A stretch of DNA of 64,000 nucleotides from positions 268,596-332,595 of the forward strand of contig JAHFKN010000001.1 in the NCBI GenBank assembly GCA_023245355.1, given 5' to 3'. Position 1 is the stretch's first letter. Every line of letters starts with the position of its first letter. This document shows positions 27,493 to 37,447 of this stretch, in pieces. Below the pieces are notes generated by a model. It made no database searches, was not told the DNA's origin, and worked only from the letters and a program-made list of their open reading frames with translations. The stretch comes from Candidatus Gottesmanbacteria bacterium (GTDB lineage: Bacteria; Patescibacteriota; Microgenomatia; UBA10105; UBA927). The translations under genes and the position numbers were made by a program.

Positions 27493-28639
27493 GTGTTTTG
27501 GCTATATGCTCCCAGCCATACCGCTCTGTTACGAGAACACGCGCTTTCGCAGTCACGGCCTGGGTAAGTTTCGTATTATCCCACACCGCGGCAACCTGCG
27601 CGATAAATTCCTCGGGTGTTTCCGCCTGGAAATAATGCGTACCGGGTATTACATCCAGTCCGCTCATCCCCTGATGAGTCGTCACGACGGGAAGGCCGCT
27701 TGCCATCGCTTCCAGCATTTTAAACTTCGTCCCTCCCGAGATTGCGTGAGGGGCAACGAGAACGTCAGCGTGCGCGTATACATCCGCAATATTCTCTACG
27801 TCCTCGAGAACTTCACCGCCTGAAAGCCGCACGGCAACTGAAAAACGTTTGGGTATATCGCGGCCGACGATGCGGAGTTTCGATTGCGGGAACTGCGTTC
27901 TTATACCCGGCCAGATTCTGCTGACTAACATCTCTGCCGCTTCCCGGTTCGGGAGCCAGCGGAAATTACCGACAAACAATACGACAGGGTGCGTCTGTTT
28001 TTGTATTTTCCGGTACGGAAACAACGCACCGTCGACACCGTTTGGCGTAACCGTGACGGAGTGACTCAGATACTCTTCCATGACTGCGGCGTCTTCTTTC
28101 GACACTGCCGTCAGTTTGTCTGCAGTCCGCCAGCTTATATGTTCCCATTTTTTCAGTTTGGCTACGTCGCGGGCCAACAACTGATGCAGTCCGAACACCG
28201 AATAGAGATCCGCATACGCGCCGTATACGGCATACTCAATATTATGTTCGGACACGACGAGCGGCGTGTTGATAGGTGGGAGCGCCGGCAGCACATAAAA
28301 CGGTTCTATATGAACGACATCAAACGGCCCGCCTTTCAGAAGATCGCTGATAAGCTGCTTCATTTCCTCATTGTGGTAGGTAGCCAAAAGCCACGGATAT
28401 TTCCCGAGCAATGCGGCCAACATGTATTTAGGCTGCCATGCTCTGCCGCGCATAACCACTTCTACGTTCCGGCAAAACCCCAGATGTTTTTTATATTCGC
28501 GTTCACTTGCGTCCCGGATAAAAGAAACGAGCGTAATTTCATGACGAGCGCTTAACGCTTTGAGCAGATTATACATCCGGATTTGCCCGCCGGAATGCAG
28601 AGGCCACGGCAATACTGCGGAAACGAATAAAATTTTCAT
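27455..28639 (-). CDS. GT4-family glycosyltransferase
   Basis: GT-B fold motifs VLVAPHAISGGTKFKMLEAMASGLPVVTT. Confidence 0.8.
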   Translation of the reverse strand: MKILFVSAVLPWPLHSGGQIRMYNLLKALSARHEITLVSFIRDASEREYKKHLGFCRNVEVVMRGRAWQPKYMLAALLGKYPWLLATYHNEEMKQLISDLLKGGPFDVVHIEPFYVLPALPPINTPLVVSEHNIEYAVYGAYADLYSVFGLHQLLARDVAKLKKWEHISWRTADKLTAVSKEDAAVMEEYLSHSVTVTPNGVDGALFPYRKIQKQTHPVVLFVGNFRWLPNREAAEMLVSRIWPGIRTQFPQSKLRIVGRDIPKRFSVAVRLSGGEVLEDVENIADVYAHADVLVAPHAISGGTKFKMLEAMASGLPVVTTHQGMSGLDVIPGTHYFQAETPEEFIAQVAAVWDNTKLTQAVTAKARVLVTERYGWEHIAKTLEGVWKDAYEKK

Positions 28640-30078
28640 GGAGATTTGGGTTTGGTAAGGTCAATAATGGCAAATTTTTCGTTCCGTACAAGAACCGTAT
28701 AGGTTTTGGCAAGCGTCATGGTTTCCCAGTCGTCGTCCGTAGGTGAAACCGTGACATAATGCGTGGCTCCCATTTTGAGTTTTTTGTCTATATCAAATCC
28801 GAGCGGCCAGCCCTGACGTTTGGTTTGATACAAAAATGTCGTATCGCCGTTGTATGGGGCAATCACTTTCGCATCTTTCGGCAGCAGTTTGTCTGCCATA
28901 ATTCCTGCTTCTATAATTTCCGGCCGGTTAATCCAGTAATACGTCCGCATGGTATACCACGAAAACGCGAGCATAAATAAACAACTGGCTATCAGTACGC
29001 CGTACCGGGCAATAGGAGAAAACATTTTTTCGGTCATGAGGAACGCTATGCCGCGCGCGACATATATGCTTATAACCGGCAACAACAGTATCTGGTAATA
29101 ATCATGCTGTACGTTGCCTGCCGCAAAAACCGTAAGATACGCTAGTGCCCCTGCTGCCATGACGGAAAACAGCCAACCTTCTTTTTTACCCGGACGCACG
29201 AGAAATCCGAGAGAAAGCGGCACGATGCCCCAGTATCCCAATATGAGTTCCGCCACCCGTTTAGCAAAAATCCATTGAAACCATGCGCCTTTAAACCGGA
29301 TATTGCCTTTGTTGAGCAGCCAGTCAAATACGGGAATTCCCTCGGGATACTGCAGTATCCATACCCGCCAGCCATAAAACGGCAGCAGACAGATAAGCGC
29401 ATACAGACCGAGTCGTATCACTGAGGCAACCGACACCTTATGCCGCATCAGGATGACATATGGCACCGGCAGCAACAGAAATCCCGCAGTAGGTTTCACG
29501 AGTACGGCAATAGCTCCTGCAACCGCAGCAGCGATAATGCCCCATATACTGCTTTTCGCGCCGTTTGTCGCCGTAAGGGACAGATATATACTCAGCATCG
29601 CCCAAAACACGGCAAATGTTTCCGGCAGGATCGTCCGCCCGTAAAATACGCTGTACGGAAGTATGGCGTACACAAAACCGGCAAGTACTGCCGTAAGCGG
29701 CGAGCTCACCTCAAAAAGGAGCAGTGTTATAAGTGCGGCAGTTCCTGCTGCCGAAAAAATAGTAACCAGACGGAGCCAGATATCGACGGAAACCGAAGGG
29801 TAGAGCCGTGCGGCGGCCGCTGCAAGCCCCTGATACAGCGGAAACTCCACCATGCGCCAGCCGCTGGGATTGTCCTTACCGGACTGGATATTGGATAAAT
29901 CCTGATACCGTGGATGCAGTAAATCTATGCCGTTACGGACATACATCTGAGCTACGGAGGCCGTATCCGTCTGACGGAAACTGTGCCAGTCGGCAACGGG
30001 CGCCGTGACGCGGTAGAGCCTAAGCGCAATAGTGAGAATGACAACAAGAATAATAAATATCCAGTACCGTTTCTTCAT
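28636..30078 (-). CDS. GT-C polytopic glycosyltransferase, PMT/ArnT (GT39/GT83)-like
   Basis: 480 aa, about 11 TM. N-terminal LRLYRVTAPVADWHSFRQTDTASVAQMY loop with acidic/aromatic residues is typical of dolichyl/undecaprenyl-phosphate-sugar dependent PMT_2/ArnT proteins. Confidence 0.65.
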   Translation of the reverse strand: MKKRYWIFIILVVILTIALRLYRVTAPVADWHSFRQTDTASVAQMYVRNGIDLLHPRYQDLSNIQSGKDNPSGWRMVEFPLYQGLAAAAARLYPSVSVDIWLRLVTIFSAAGTAALITLLLFEVSSPLTAVLAGFVYAILPYSVFYGRTILPETFAVFWAMLSIYLSLTATNGAKSSIWGIIAAAVAGAIAVLVKPTAGFLLLPVPYVILMRHKVSVASVIRLGLYALICLLPFYGWRVWILQYPEGIPVFDWLLNKGNIRFKGAWFQWIFAKRVAELILGYWGIVPLSLGFLVRPGKKEGWLFSVMAAGALAYLTVFAAGNVQHDYYQILLLPVISIYVARGIAFLMTEKMFSPIARYGVLIASCLFMLAFSWYTMRTYYWINRPEIIEAGIMADKLLPKDAKVIAPYNGDTTFLYQTKRQGWPLGFDIDKKLKMGATHYVTVSPTDDDWETMTLAKTYTVLVRNEKFAIIDLTKPKSP

Positions 30079-33000
30079 GGTAGTGTAACCGGCTCCTTTT
30101 TCACTTCCCTCAGATTCCCCTGGTCGTCAAACACGAAAATCTTCTGCGTTTTGGAATCCGGGGTCACCATATTGAGAGGCTCCTCAACCGTAGACCACGA
30201 GTACAACCTGGCGTCCGGATTCCGGAAGATAAACCATAACGCATCCGACAGTCCGACCGGGAATACCCAGGCGTCGCGGTACCGGATCGGCACCGATACG
30301 AAGTGGAACTGCATCGGAGTTTCTGCCCATTCATCCTGATAATAACTTTCCATGGAAACGAAAAATCTCTGCACCCGCTCTCCCGCTTCAAACCAGTCGC
30401 GGTGCAGCTGCTGGATACTGGTAATCTGCACCATAAAAAACAGAGAGATGAAAAGGGCTACCACCCCCAGCGCCGCATCCTTCCCGCTTTCCAGCGTCAG
30501 GATATAAATTTTTTCCAGACCAAAAACCAACAGGAATACCAACCCCGCGGAGGCAAGATACCCGTACCGGGGAGAAATATTCCCGAGTCCCAAAAACGGC
30601 AACAGCGTAATAAGGAAAAACCCTGATGCAAACAGCAGAATCGTGCGGTCCCGGGGTGAGAGAAGCTGCCTGATTTTGGGAGCAATCCATACAATAACCG
30701 CTGCGATAATCAGTCCGATAGCTGCGGTCACAATGACGTGCGTGCGCATGTTCGCGCGCACAATCTGATACAACGGGGCGCCGAACGAACCGGTAAGGCC
30801 CAGTAATACATAGCCGAATGCGTTCCCGATAGTGTTAAACGGCAGCTTGAGGAGATTATAGTTATAATCGCCGTTTAACCAGTGACTGCCGGACATAAAC
30901 CGGGCGACTGCATACAAAGGAACGGGCAGCACCAACACCCAGTGCTCAAGGCGCATCCTGAAACCGGTCAGTGTAGGGCGCACTTCGGCAATCGTCCACG
31001 CATACAAGAGGTACAAAAGCGGGGTGACGACACCCAGCTCGTGAAACGTCATGGCAGCCAGGGCAGAAAGTGCCGCCAACAATACGAACCGCATCTTTTT
31101 CTTCTCGCTCCACGCGATATAGCAAAGCAGGCTTGTCAGCATGAATGCGGATGCAAACAAAAATCCGGTTGCCGAAACCCAGAATATCGCCTCCGAAAAT
31201 CCGGAGAGTCCCGCAAACAGAAAGGCGCTTATTGCAGCATGCAGTTTCCGCCGGAACACTTTTATCCCGACTAAAAACACGAGTATGCTGACGATATAGT
31301 GTAGTGTCAGTGATACGGCGTGGTATGCAGTCTGATTCAGCCATGCAAACTGATACATTCCCAGGAAGTACAGTTTGGTTCCCGGCCGATAGAAAAACCC
31401 TTGGGCGTCGGTAAAGTATCCTGCAATCCGTGAAAGACTCGGGACACAGCGCTCGGAAATCGCTGCTGCTGCGTTGCCGCAGTCTGCTGCCCACCTAAAC
31501 CAGGTGAAGTCATCTCCGACAAAGTAATTGCGCGTCATCTGCGAAAAAAGCAGTATGACGACGACAAGAAGATATATCGCGACGGCATAGGATGACATGG
31601 CCATCCGTTTTACTTCGGAAAAGAATTTAAGCGGAATCTTAACATACATCGATACCATTCCCATCACGATGCCGGTTAATAACCATAATACAAACGCTAC
31701 TTTTGACGCTTCAAACACATCGATAAATACCGCGTTGACGGCAAGTCCGGCAACTCCGGCTGCATACCCCAGCACAAAACTTCTGACGACCGGGGAATGA
31801 ATTTTGTCCCACGCGCGCACGATATACACGCCTACTATCAAAAATATCGCAACAAAGGAAATAAATCCTAAGCTCCCTACTTCCGCCAGCATCCTAAGAT
31901 AGCTGTTATCGACGGCCAGACTCACCGAGCCATACCCGCTGCCAAGCAACACGTTTCTTTTGAATGCCAAAAGCGCATTCGGCCACTCCCCCTGAAACCG
32001 CGTGGTAAACGACAGGTCGTAGGCAAACGCTTTTTTCATGAGATACTGCCCGTTTATCACATACACGTCCGCCGATGCGGTTGCCTGCCTGAGGGGAGGT
32101 TCATAGTAAAAGCTTCCCAAGCGCTTCACGACAGGAGAAAGTGTCAGATTGATATACCCGGTGCCGCTGGGCAAATCCTCACCTGTGGGGGCTGACGGCT
32201 CGGTAAGTAACACCGCGGACTCCGGCAATTGCGCAAACGGCACGACAAATGATGCCGTCGGGCTTGCTTTGGTAGCCAAGTCGCCTATGGTCAGGTAAAA
32301 CCGCTGCCATACGCGTTTATCGGCAAAATACGTATTGGGTACTTCTTTGACATGGCCGATCGGATACCCGGTTTTTGCATCGACGATGACGTCGATCGGT
32401 TTGATCGTACTGCCGAAGCGCGCCATAAGCTGAGGCGAAAGAATCAGGAACGCGATACTCCCCACAATAGCCAGCGGCAGAAGTACCATGACCGTTTTCC
32501 TGCTTTGGAAAAACAGCACTGCGGCAAACGACAAGATCAACGCAAAAAACGAAATTCGCGACACCGTCCAGAACAGCACGACGACCCCCAGAAGTACGAT
32601 AACCCCCAGTGCAACCCGCAGGAACCAGTTCCGGTATCCGAACATGAGGCTCGCGATAATCGGCAGGACCAATACGTAATAGGCGGCCAGATCATAATGC
32701 CCTGCAAACGTCGAAGATATACGGGACAACGCCGAAAGCGTGAGCGGCATGCCCTTGGCAAACTCTTCATTCATCGTAAGATATGCGGGAAACCCCAGAT
32801 ATTTCTGACCCAATCCGTACAGACTGATCAGCAGCGTCGTCACAACAACCGTTGCAATCACCGGTGTTGCCGAGTTACGGTCTTTCATCGCGGAAAACGC
32901 AATGAAAAATACGCTCATATACTCGATTCTGCGTAAGAAACTGAGTAACGCTACGTTTGCAAATACTCCTGATATCGAAGGGAAAATAAGCAGCATGCCG

Positions 33001-33263
33001 TGGATAGTTGCAGCCGCTCCGATAAGCCAAAACATAAGAAACGGCAGTGTCAGCGGTGTTTTAAACGATACTTTGTTCCGGATAAACAGGATGACCCAGG
33101 CAAGCAGGACAAACAGCACGAGAAAATCCTCAACCCGGATGTACACCCAGGTATTTTTTATGTCCAGAAGCGGCAGTTTCGGATACAGCGGTATAAACAC
33201 CAGCAAAGCGAGTGTCGCAATCTGCAACCCACGTTCCTTACACCAGTTTATAAGCTTCCGCAT
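30075..33263 (-). CDS. Giant (1062 aa) polytopic membrane protein: O-antigen ligase/polymerase (Wzy_C)-like module fused to a second GT-C-like polytopic module and C-terminal soluble tail
   Basis: First ~540 aa: >10 TM with Wzy_C-type periplasmic loop and SVSLAVDNSYLRMLAEVGSLGFISFVAIFL signature. Residues ~560-980: second set of >10 TM starting FVGDDFTWFRW. Last ~80 aa hydrophilic. Confidence 0.55.
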   Translation of the reverse strand: MRKLINWCKERGLQIATLALLVFIPLYPKLPLLDIKNTWVYIRVEDFLVLFVLLAWVILFIRNKVSFKTPLTLPFLMFWLIGAAATIHGMLLIFPSISGVFANVALLSFLRRIEYMSVFFIAFSAMKDRNSATPVIATVVVTTLLISLYGLGQKYLGFPAYLTMNEEFAKGMPLTLSALSRISSTFAGHYDLAAYYVLVLPIIASLMFGYRNWFLRVALGVIVLLGVVVLFWTVSRISFFALILSFAAVLFFQSRKTVMVLLPLAIVGSIAFLILSPQLMARFGSTIKPIDVIVDAKTGYPIGHVKEVPNTYFADKRVWQRFYLTIGDLATKASPTASFVVPFAQLPESAVLLTEPSAPTGEDLPSGTGYINLTLSPVVKRLGSFYYEPPLRQATASADVYVINGQYLMKKAFAYDLSFTTRFQGEWPNALLAFKRNVLLGSGYGSVSLAVDNSYLRMLAEVGSLGFISFVAIFLIVGVYIVRAWDKIHSPVVRSFVLGYAAGVAGLAVNAVFIDVFEASKVAFVLWLLTGIVMGMVSMYVKIPLKFFSEVKRMAMSSYAVAIYLLVVVILLFSQMTRNYFVGDDFTWFRWAADCGNAAAAISERCVPSLSRIAGYFTDAQGFFYRPGTKLYFLGMYQFAWLNQTAYHAVSLTLHYIVSILVFLVGIKVFRRKLHAAISAFLFAGLSGFSEAIFWVSATGFLFASAFMLTSLLCYIAWSEKKKMRFVLLAALSALAAMTFHELGVVTPLLYLLYAWTIAEVRPTLTGFRMRLEHWVLVLPVPLYAVARFMSGSHWLNGDYNYNLLKLPFNTIGNAFGYVLLGLTGSFGAPLYQIVRANMRTHVIVTAAIGLIIAAVIVWIAPKIRQLLSPRDRTILLFASGFFLITLLPFLGLGNISPRYGYLASAGLVFLLVFGLEKIYILTLESGKDAALGVVALFISLFFMVQITSIQQLHRDWFEAGERVQRFFVSMESYYQDEWAETPMQFHFVSVPIRYRDAWVFPVGLSDALWFIFRNPDARLYSWSTVEEPLNMVTPDSKTQKIFVFDDQGNLREVKKEPVTLP

Positions 33264-34152
33264 AGGTTTCCTTAAGATGCTCGATCCCGAGCAGCGCCCC
33301 GATGCACCAGGTGATAACAGCCTTTGCCCTGAGCATTACGCGCACCATGAACAATCCGTAGGCTGACCCGTGTTTTTTATACAGGTACAGAAATCCCCGG
33401 TAAATGTTTAACACGGGCCCTTTTCTCCTGTTGGTTGAGCTGGCTGCACCTAAGTGTACGATATGGCTCCGGGGATAGAAATAGGCGGGGTATCCTTTTT
33501 TCCTGGCCCGCATCAGAAGGTCGATTTCTTCCATGTACATGAATATCTTCTCATCAAACAGTAAATCCTGCATGAACAGCTTTTTGGGCGCCAAGATACA
33601 CGCTCCCGAAACCCAATCGACTTTCCGTGCCTGATTCGGAGACCAACGGGTAAGCCCGATCACATCGCCTTTGAGAAATAATGACGCGAAAATAACCGGA
33701 AGCGAAAAAAACGGACCGCACGAACTCTGCGGGCTCCGGTCGGGATTGAGCAATTTAGGACCGATAAAGGCATTGGGGTGCTGCCGCCCGAATGACACGA
33801 GTTTGCCGATCGCATTATTGAGGACGACCGTATCGGAATTCAGAAGCAGAATATACTCCCCCGACGCCGCCCGGATTCCCTGATTATTTCCCCGTCCGAA
33901 TCCCACATTCTCGCGGTTTAATATCGTTTTGACGACGGGGAACTTTTTCCTGAGCATCTCGCGGGTTCCGTCAGTCGATACATTATCGACCACCAGAATT
34001 TCCCACGTCAGCTTGGACCCTTTGAGACTCCGGATAGTCGAGGACAGGCAGTCTTCGGTAAGTTTTTTTGTATTGAAGCTGACGATGATAATGGATAAAT
34101 CTATAGCCATATAGAGCGTGAAGAAAACGCATTTATTGGAATAGCCTCGCAA
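33238..34152 (-). CDS. GT2-family glycosyltransferase
   Basis: LSIIIVSFNTKKLTEDCL...VVDNVSTDGT, LLLNSDT DxD region. Confidence 0.8.
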   Translation of the reverse strand: MRGYSNKCVFFTLYMAIDLSIIIVSFNTKKLTEDCLSSTIRSLKGSKLTWEILVVDNVSTDGTREMLRKKFPVVKTILNRENVGFGRGNNQGIRAASGEYILLLNSDTVVLNNAIGKLVSFGRQHPNAFIGPKLLNPDRSPQSSCGPFFSLPVIFASLFLKGDVIGLTRWSPNQARKVDWVSGACILAPKKLFMQDLLFDEKIFMYMEEIDLLMRARKKGYPAYFYPRSHIVHLGAASSTNRRKGPVLNIYRGFLYLYKKHGSAYGLFMVRVMLRAKAVITWCIGALLGIEHLKETYAEAYKLV

Positions 34153-34732
34153 ATTTAAGCCGGTATGTCAGGTTTTTGTTGCGCTGTCGGATAACTTTCG
34201 CCGGTACTCCGCCGACCACGTCATAGGGAGCCACATCATGCGTTACCACGGCTCCCGATGCGACAACTGCCCCTTTTCCGATTGTGACTCCGGGAAGTAT
34301 CGTCACCCGGGTTCCTATGACCACATAATCCTCTATCACAACCGGCCCCCCTGTTTCGGCAAAATCCGGGGAATCGATATCGTGTTCCATGGTGTATATG
34401 CGCACTTCCCCGGCCACGGAAACATTGTTGCCGATCCTAAGCGGACGGTCGCCCTTTCCGGCCAACTGCTTTATATAGCTTGCCGCTTTGCTTTCTCCGC
34501 TCCCGGCGGCCCGTTTATACCTGCCGTCTAAGAATGCATCGTTGCCGATAATCGTATTGTGGCCGATGTGTACTCCTGCCGGATTATTAAACTGTGCACG
34601 CCAGTGGATACTGGAATCCTTTCCGACCCGCACTCCGAACAGATACCGGTAGAGAAACAACCGGATGGTGTGACTCGGGATAAACCCTATAAGCGTACAA
34701 AGATATACCCAAAAATCGATAAAGAGTCTCAT
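34133..34732 (-). CDS. Left-handed beta-helix (hexapeptide) sugar O-acetyltransferase, WbbJ/WcaF/MAT-like
   Basis: Hexapeptide repeats IGHNTIIGNDAFLDG..., IGNNVSVAGEVRI, VIGTRVTILPGVTIGKGAVVASGAVVTHDV. Confidence 0.75.
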   Translation of the reverse strand: MRLFIDFWVYLCTLIGFIPSHTIRLFLYRYLFGVRVGKDSSIHWRAQFNNPAGVHIGHNTIIGNDAFLDGRYKRAAGSGESKAASYIKQLAGKGDRPLRIGNNVSVAGEVRIYTMEHDIDSPDFAETGGPVVIEDYVVIGTRVTILPGVTIGKGAVVASGAVVTHDVAPYDVVGGVPAKVIRQRNKNLTYRLKFARLFQ

Positions 34733-35859
34733 ACTGCCGATCCTTTCTTTCCGACCTCTTCCAACACGGACATCACTTTTTCGGCCGCAAGGTCCCACGT
34801 AAATGCTTTAACGCGTTTTTTTCCGGTTGCCACACGCGATAAGCGCTCTTTTACCGTTTCCGTAAGTGCCTGGGTAATGCCTGAAGCGATATTTGCCGCA
34901 TCCTCGGGATCCACATATATCCCGGCATCGCCGGCTATTTCCGGCAGACTGGAGGTAGAACTCACCACGACCGGCACGTCATAACTCATAGCCTCCAAAA
35001 CCGGCAAACCGAACCCTTCATACAGACTCGGAAGCACGAAACATGCGGCGTTTTTATACAGCTGCGGAAGTGCACTGTCCGGCACGAAATCCATAAACTG
35101 CACACGATTGCTGATACCGAATTTTTTAGGTGCTGAAAGTATTTCGTCGTACAGCCATCCCTTTTTCCCCACGATAACCAGCGAAATTTCCTTATCTTTA
35201 AGGAGACTGACAGCTTCGATCAGGCGCGCGAAGTTTTTACGCGGCTGGAGGGTTCCTACTGAGAGGATGTAGCGTTTCGGAACAGGTAGAGATGAATCAG
35301 TACTCTTTGCCATAGCATCTTTGGAGACGCTATCCGGTAATGCCGGATAGGCAACCACGACGTCCGAATCCGGAATGTGGTATGAATCGATTATAGCATG
35401 TTTGGAAAACTCGCTAATCGTTATGATTTTGGCGGCATGACGCACCGAATACGCAGTCCAATGAACCAATTTATGCAGATCCTGCGCCCTGAATAACTCA
35501 GGATACGAAAGATACGAAACGTCCATAATCGCCATCACTCTGGGAATTTTGACAAACCTCGGGATATAGTGCGTCGGGGAAAAAATCACATCCGGGCGCG
35601 TGCTGTCGGTCATAATACCTATAGGTAACCCGATAAACGTCCAGAACTGCTTGAGGGGTATGCTCCGGTAGGTAAACGTCGCTGACTCTTCGGGCATATG
35701 CGCGGCGACTTGGCCCGGCACATAGACCCGGACCATATCAAACACCCCGCGACCCGCTCGCTGCAGTTTTGCGATATGATCTATAAGTTCAAACGCGAAC
35801 CGACCTATCCCCACCCGGACTCCCGCGTTTGCTTCATACCCGTCGATTGCCAGTATCAT
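34729..35859 (-). CDS. GT4-family glycosyltransferase
   Basis: Complete GT-B: N-domain plus C-terminal FVLPSLYEGFGLPVLEAMSYDVPVVVS. Confidence 0.8.
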   Translation of the reverse strand: MILAIDGYEANAGVRVGIGRFAFELIDHIAKLQRAGRGVFDMVRVYVPGQVAAHMPEESATFTYRSIPLKQFWTFIGLPIGIMTDSTRPDVIFSPTHYIPRFVKIPRVMAIMDVSYLSYPELFRAQDLHKLVHWTAYSVRHAAKIITISEFSKHAIIDSYHIPDSDVVVAYPALPDSVSKDAMAKSTDSSLPVPKRYILSVGTLQPRKNFARLIEAVSLLKDKEISLVIVGKKGWLYDEILSAPKKFGISNRVQFMDFVPDSALPQLYKNAACFVLPSLYEGFGLPVLEAMSYDVPVVVSSTSSLPEIAGDAGIYVDPEDAANIASGITQALTETVKERLSRVATGKKRVKAFTWDLAAEKVMSVLEEVGKKGSAV

Positions 35860-36446
35860 GCTTCCCCCAATCCCGGATACACGACCGTCAGTTTACTTTG
35901 GGAAATGCCCAAGAGTTCCTGTGCATCATGCCTGGTCGCTTCTGAGTCGCAAAAAAATACGGCGCACGCTTTGGCTGCCCGCACGAGTCTTCGGGTGTGC
36001 GTTGCGACGATATTGGCAGCAATCCTGCCGCGCGCGACATCTAACACCGCCTGATTATGAGACTCCTCGGGATACCGCAGCACGGAAAGATCATGGATAG
36101 TGGTAACCCCTATGGCATGGATAAGCGGCGGGTGCGTCCAGTCGCTGCTCCAGAAAATATCCAGAGGACCGGTAAACCATTCAACAGGCACGATATGCGC
36201 GCGGTTCCACAGCCAATCGAGTACCGTAGGCGGCACGGGTATCGACACCAGGCGGACATTCGCGTGTTTTCCGCCAATCGTAGATACGAATTCGGAAAAA
36301 ACGTGCCGCTTCCGCAGGGATGAGCCGAACAACACATATTCATGTTCCGGATACTTTCTGACTAAAGAAGTAACGATACTGCGGACGTATCGTGCAACTC
36401 CGGTGCCCTGATGGGCAATTTGGCTTATATCTATGCCGATTTTCAT
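35856..36446 (-). CDS. Truncated GT4-like protein: Glyco_trans_4 N-terminal domain only (possible gene remnant)
   Basis: 196 aa, GT-B N-domain (MKIGIDISQIAHQGTGVARYVRSIV...) ending VVYPGLGEA exactly where the C-terminal catalytic domain would begin. Stop overlaps start of next complete GT4 (ATGA). Confidence 0.5.
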   Translation of the reverse strand: MKIGIDISQIAHQGTGVARYVRSIVTSLVRKYPEHEYVLFGSSLRKRHVFSEFVSTIGGKHANVRLVSIPVPPTVLDWLWNRAHIVPVEWFTGPLDIFWSSDWTHPPLIHAIGVTTIHDLSVLRYPEESHNQAVLDVARGRIAANIVATHTRRLVRAAKACAVFFCDSEATRHDAQELLGISQSKLTVVYPGLGEA

Positions 36447-36452
36447 ATGGGG

Positions 36453-37442
36453 TTATCCGGAATATCCTTCAGGATGAGTCGCATGCCATCGCATGGCTGA
36501 TTCGACTATATTACGGATATCCGAATGCTTCGGTTTCCAGCCGAATTCGCGCATGAGCTTCCTAGGATCCGATACAAGCACTGCCGGATCCCCGCTTCTC
36601 CGGTCGGATTTCCGGACGTTGAATGTCTTACCTGCGACGTCTTTTACCACGTTTACCACTTCCTGCACGCTCACGCCCTGACCGGTACCCACGTTATATA
36701 CGTCACTCTGATGGCCCGAAAACAGCGCCTCCAGAGCCAATATATGCGCTTCACACAGATCTTCTATATGGATATAGTCCCGTAATGCCGTGCCGTCGGG
36801 AGTTTTATAATCCGTGCCGAATATCATAAACTCCGGGCGTTTCCCGAGAGCCGCCGCACACGCAAGCGGAATAAGATGGGATTCCTCTGCGTGCATTTCC
36901 CCGTTGTTGCCGTCCAACGCGGCTCCTGCAGCATTAAAGTACCGGAGTGCGATGCTTCTGATTGCAAACGACCGGTCATATACCCGGAGCAATTCCTCAA
37001 ACGCCCATTTGGATAACCCATACGGAGATACCGGATCCTTCTTATGATCTTCGGAAATAAGCGGCGTTACCGGATTGCCGTAAACGGCAGCGGTAGAGGA
37101 AAAGATAATATGCTTCACCCCCGCCTCTTTCATCCCCTCAAGCAATGTCACGGGAGCGATCACGTTATTTTTCATGTATTTGATCGGCTGGCGCATTGAC
37201 TCTTCCACGCGGATGTATCCGGCAAAATGCAGGATTCCGTGTATCTTGTGCTCTGCGAAAATCCGCTGTATCAGGGATGCATCACCGACATTTCCCTGTA
37301 TGACGGTCGCTCCATTAGGAAGTGCTTGCCTGTGGCCGAATTCAAATGTATCCAGAACTATAGGCTCGTAGCCGCGGCTTGCCAGCATGCGTGTCATGTG
37401 GCTCCCTATGTAGCCGGCGCCCCCGGTTACTAAAATCTTCAT
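36453..37442 (-). CDS. galE: UDP-glucose 4-epimerase
   Basis: MKILVTGGAGYIGSH, YxxxK (PYGLSKWAFEE), LRYFNAAGA, DGTALRDYIHIEDL - close match to GalE throughout. Confidence 0.85.
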   Translation of the reverse strand: MKILVTGGAGYIGSHMTRMLASRGYEPIVLDTFEFGHRQALPNGATVIQGNVGDASLIQRIFAEHKIHGILHFAGYIRVEESMRQPIKYMKNNVIAPVTLLEGMKEAGVKHIIFSSTAAVYGNPVTPLISEDHKKDPVSPYGLSKWAFEELLRVYDRSFAIRSIALRYFNAAGAALDGNNGEMHAEESHLIPLACAAALGKRPEFMIFGTDYKTPDGTALRDYIHIEDLCEAHILALEALFSGHQSDVYNVGTGQGVSVQEVVNVVKDVAGKTFNVRKSDRRSGDPAVLVSDPRKLMREFGWKPKHSDIRNIVESAMRWHATHPEGYSG

Positions 37443-37447
37443 GCTCT

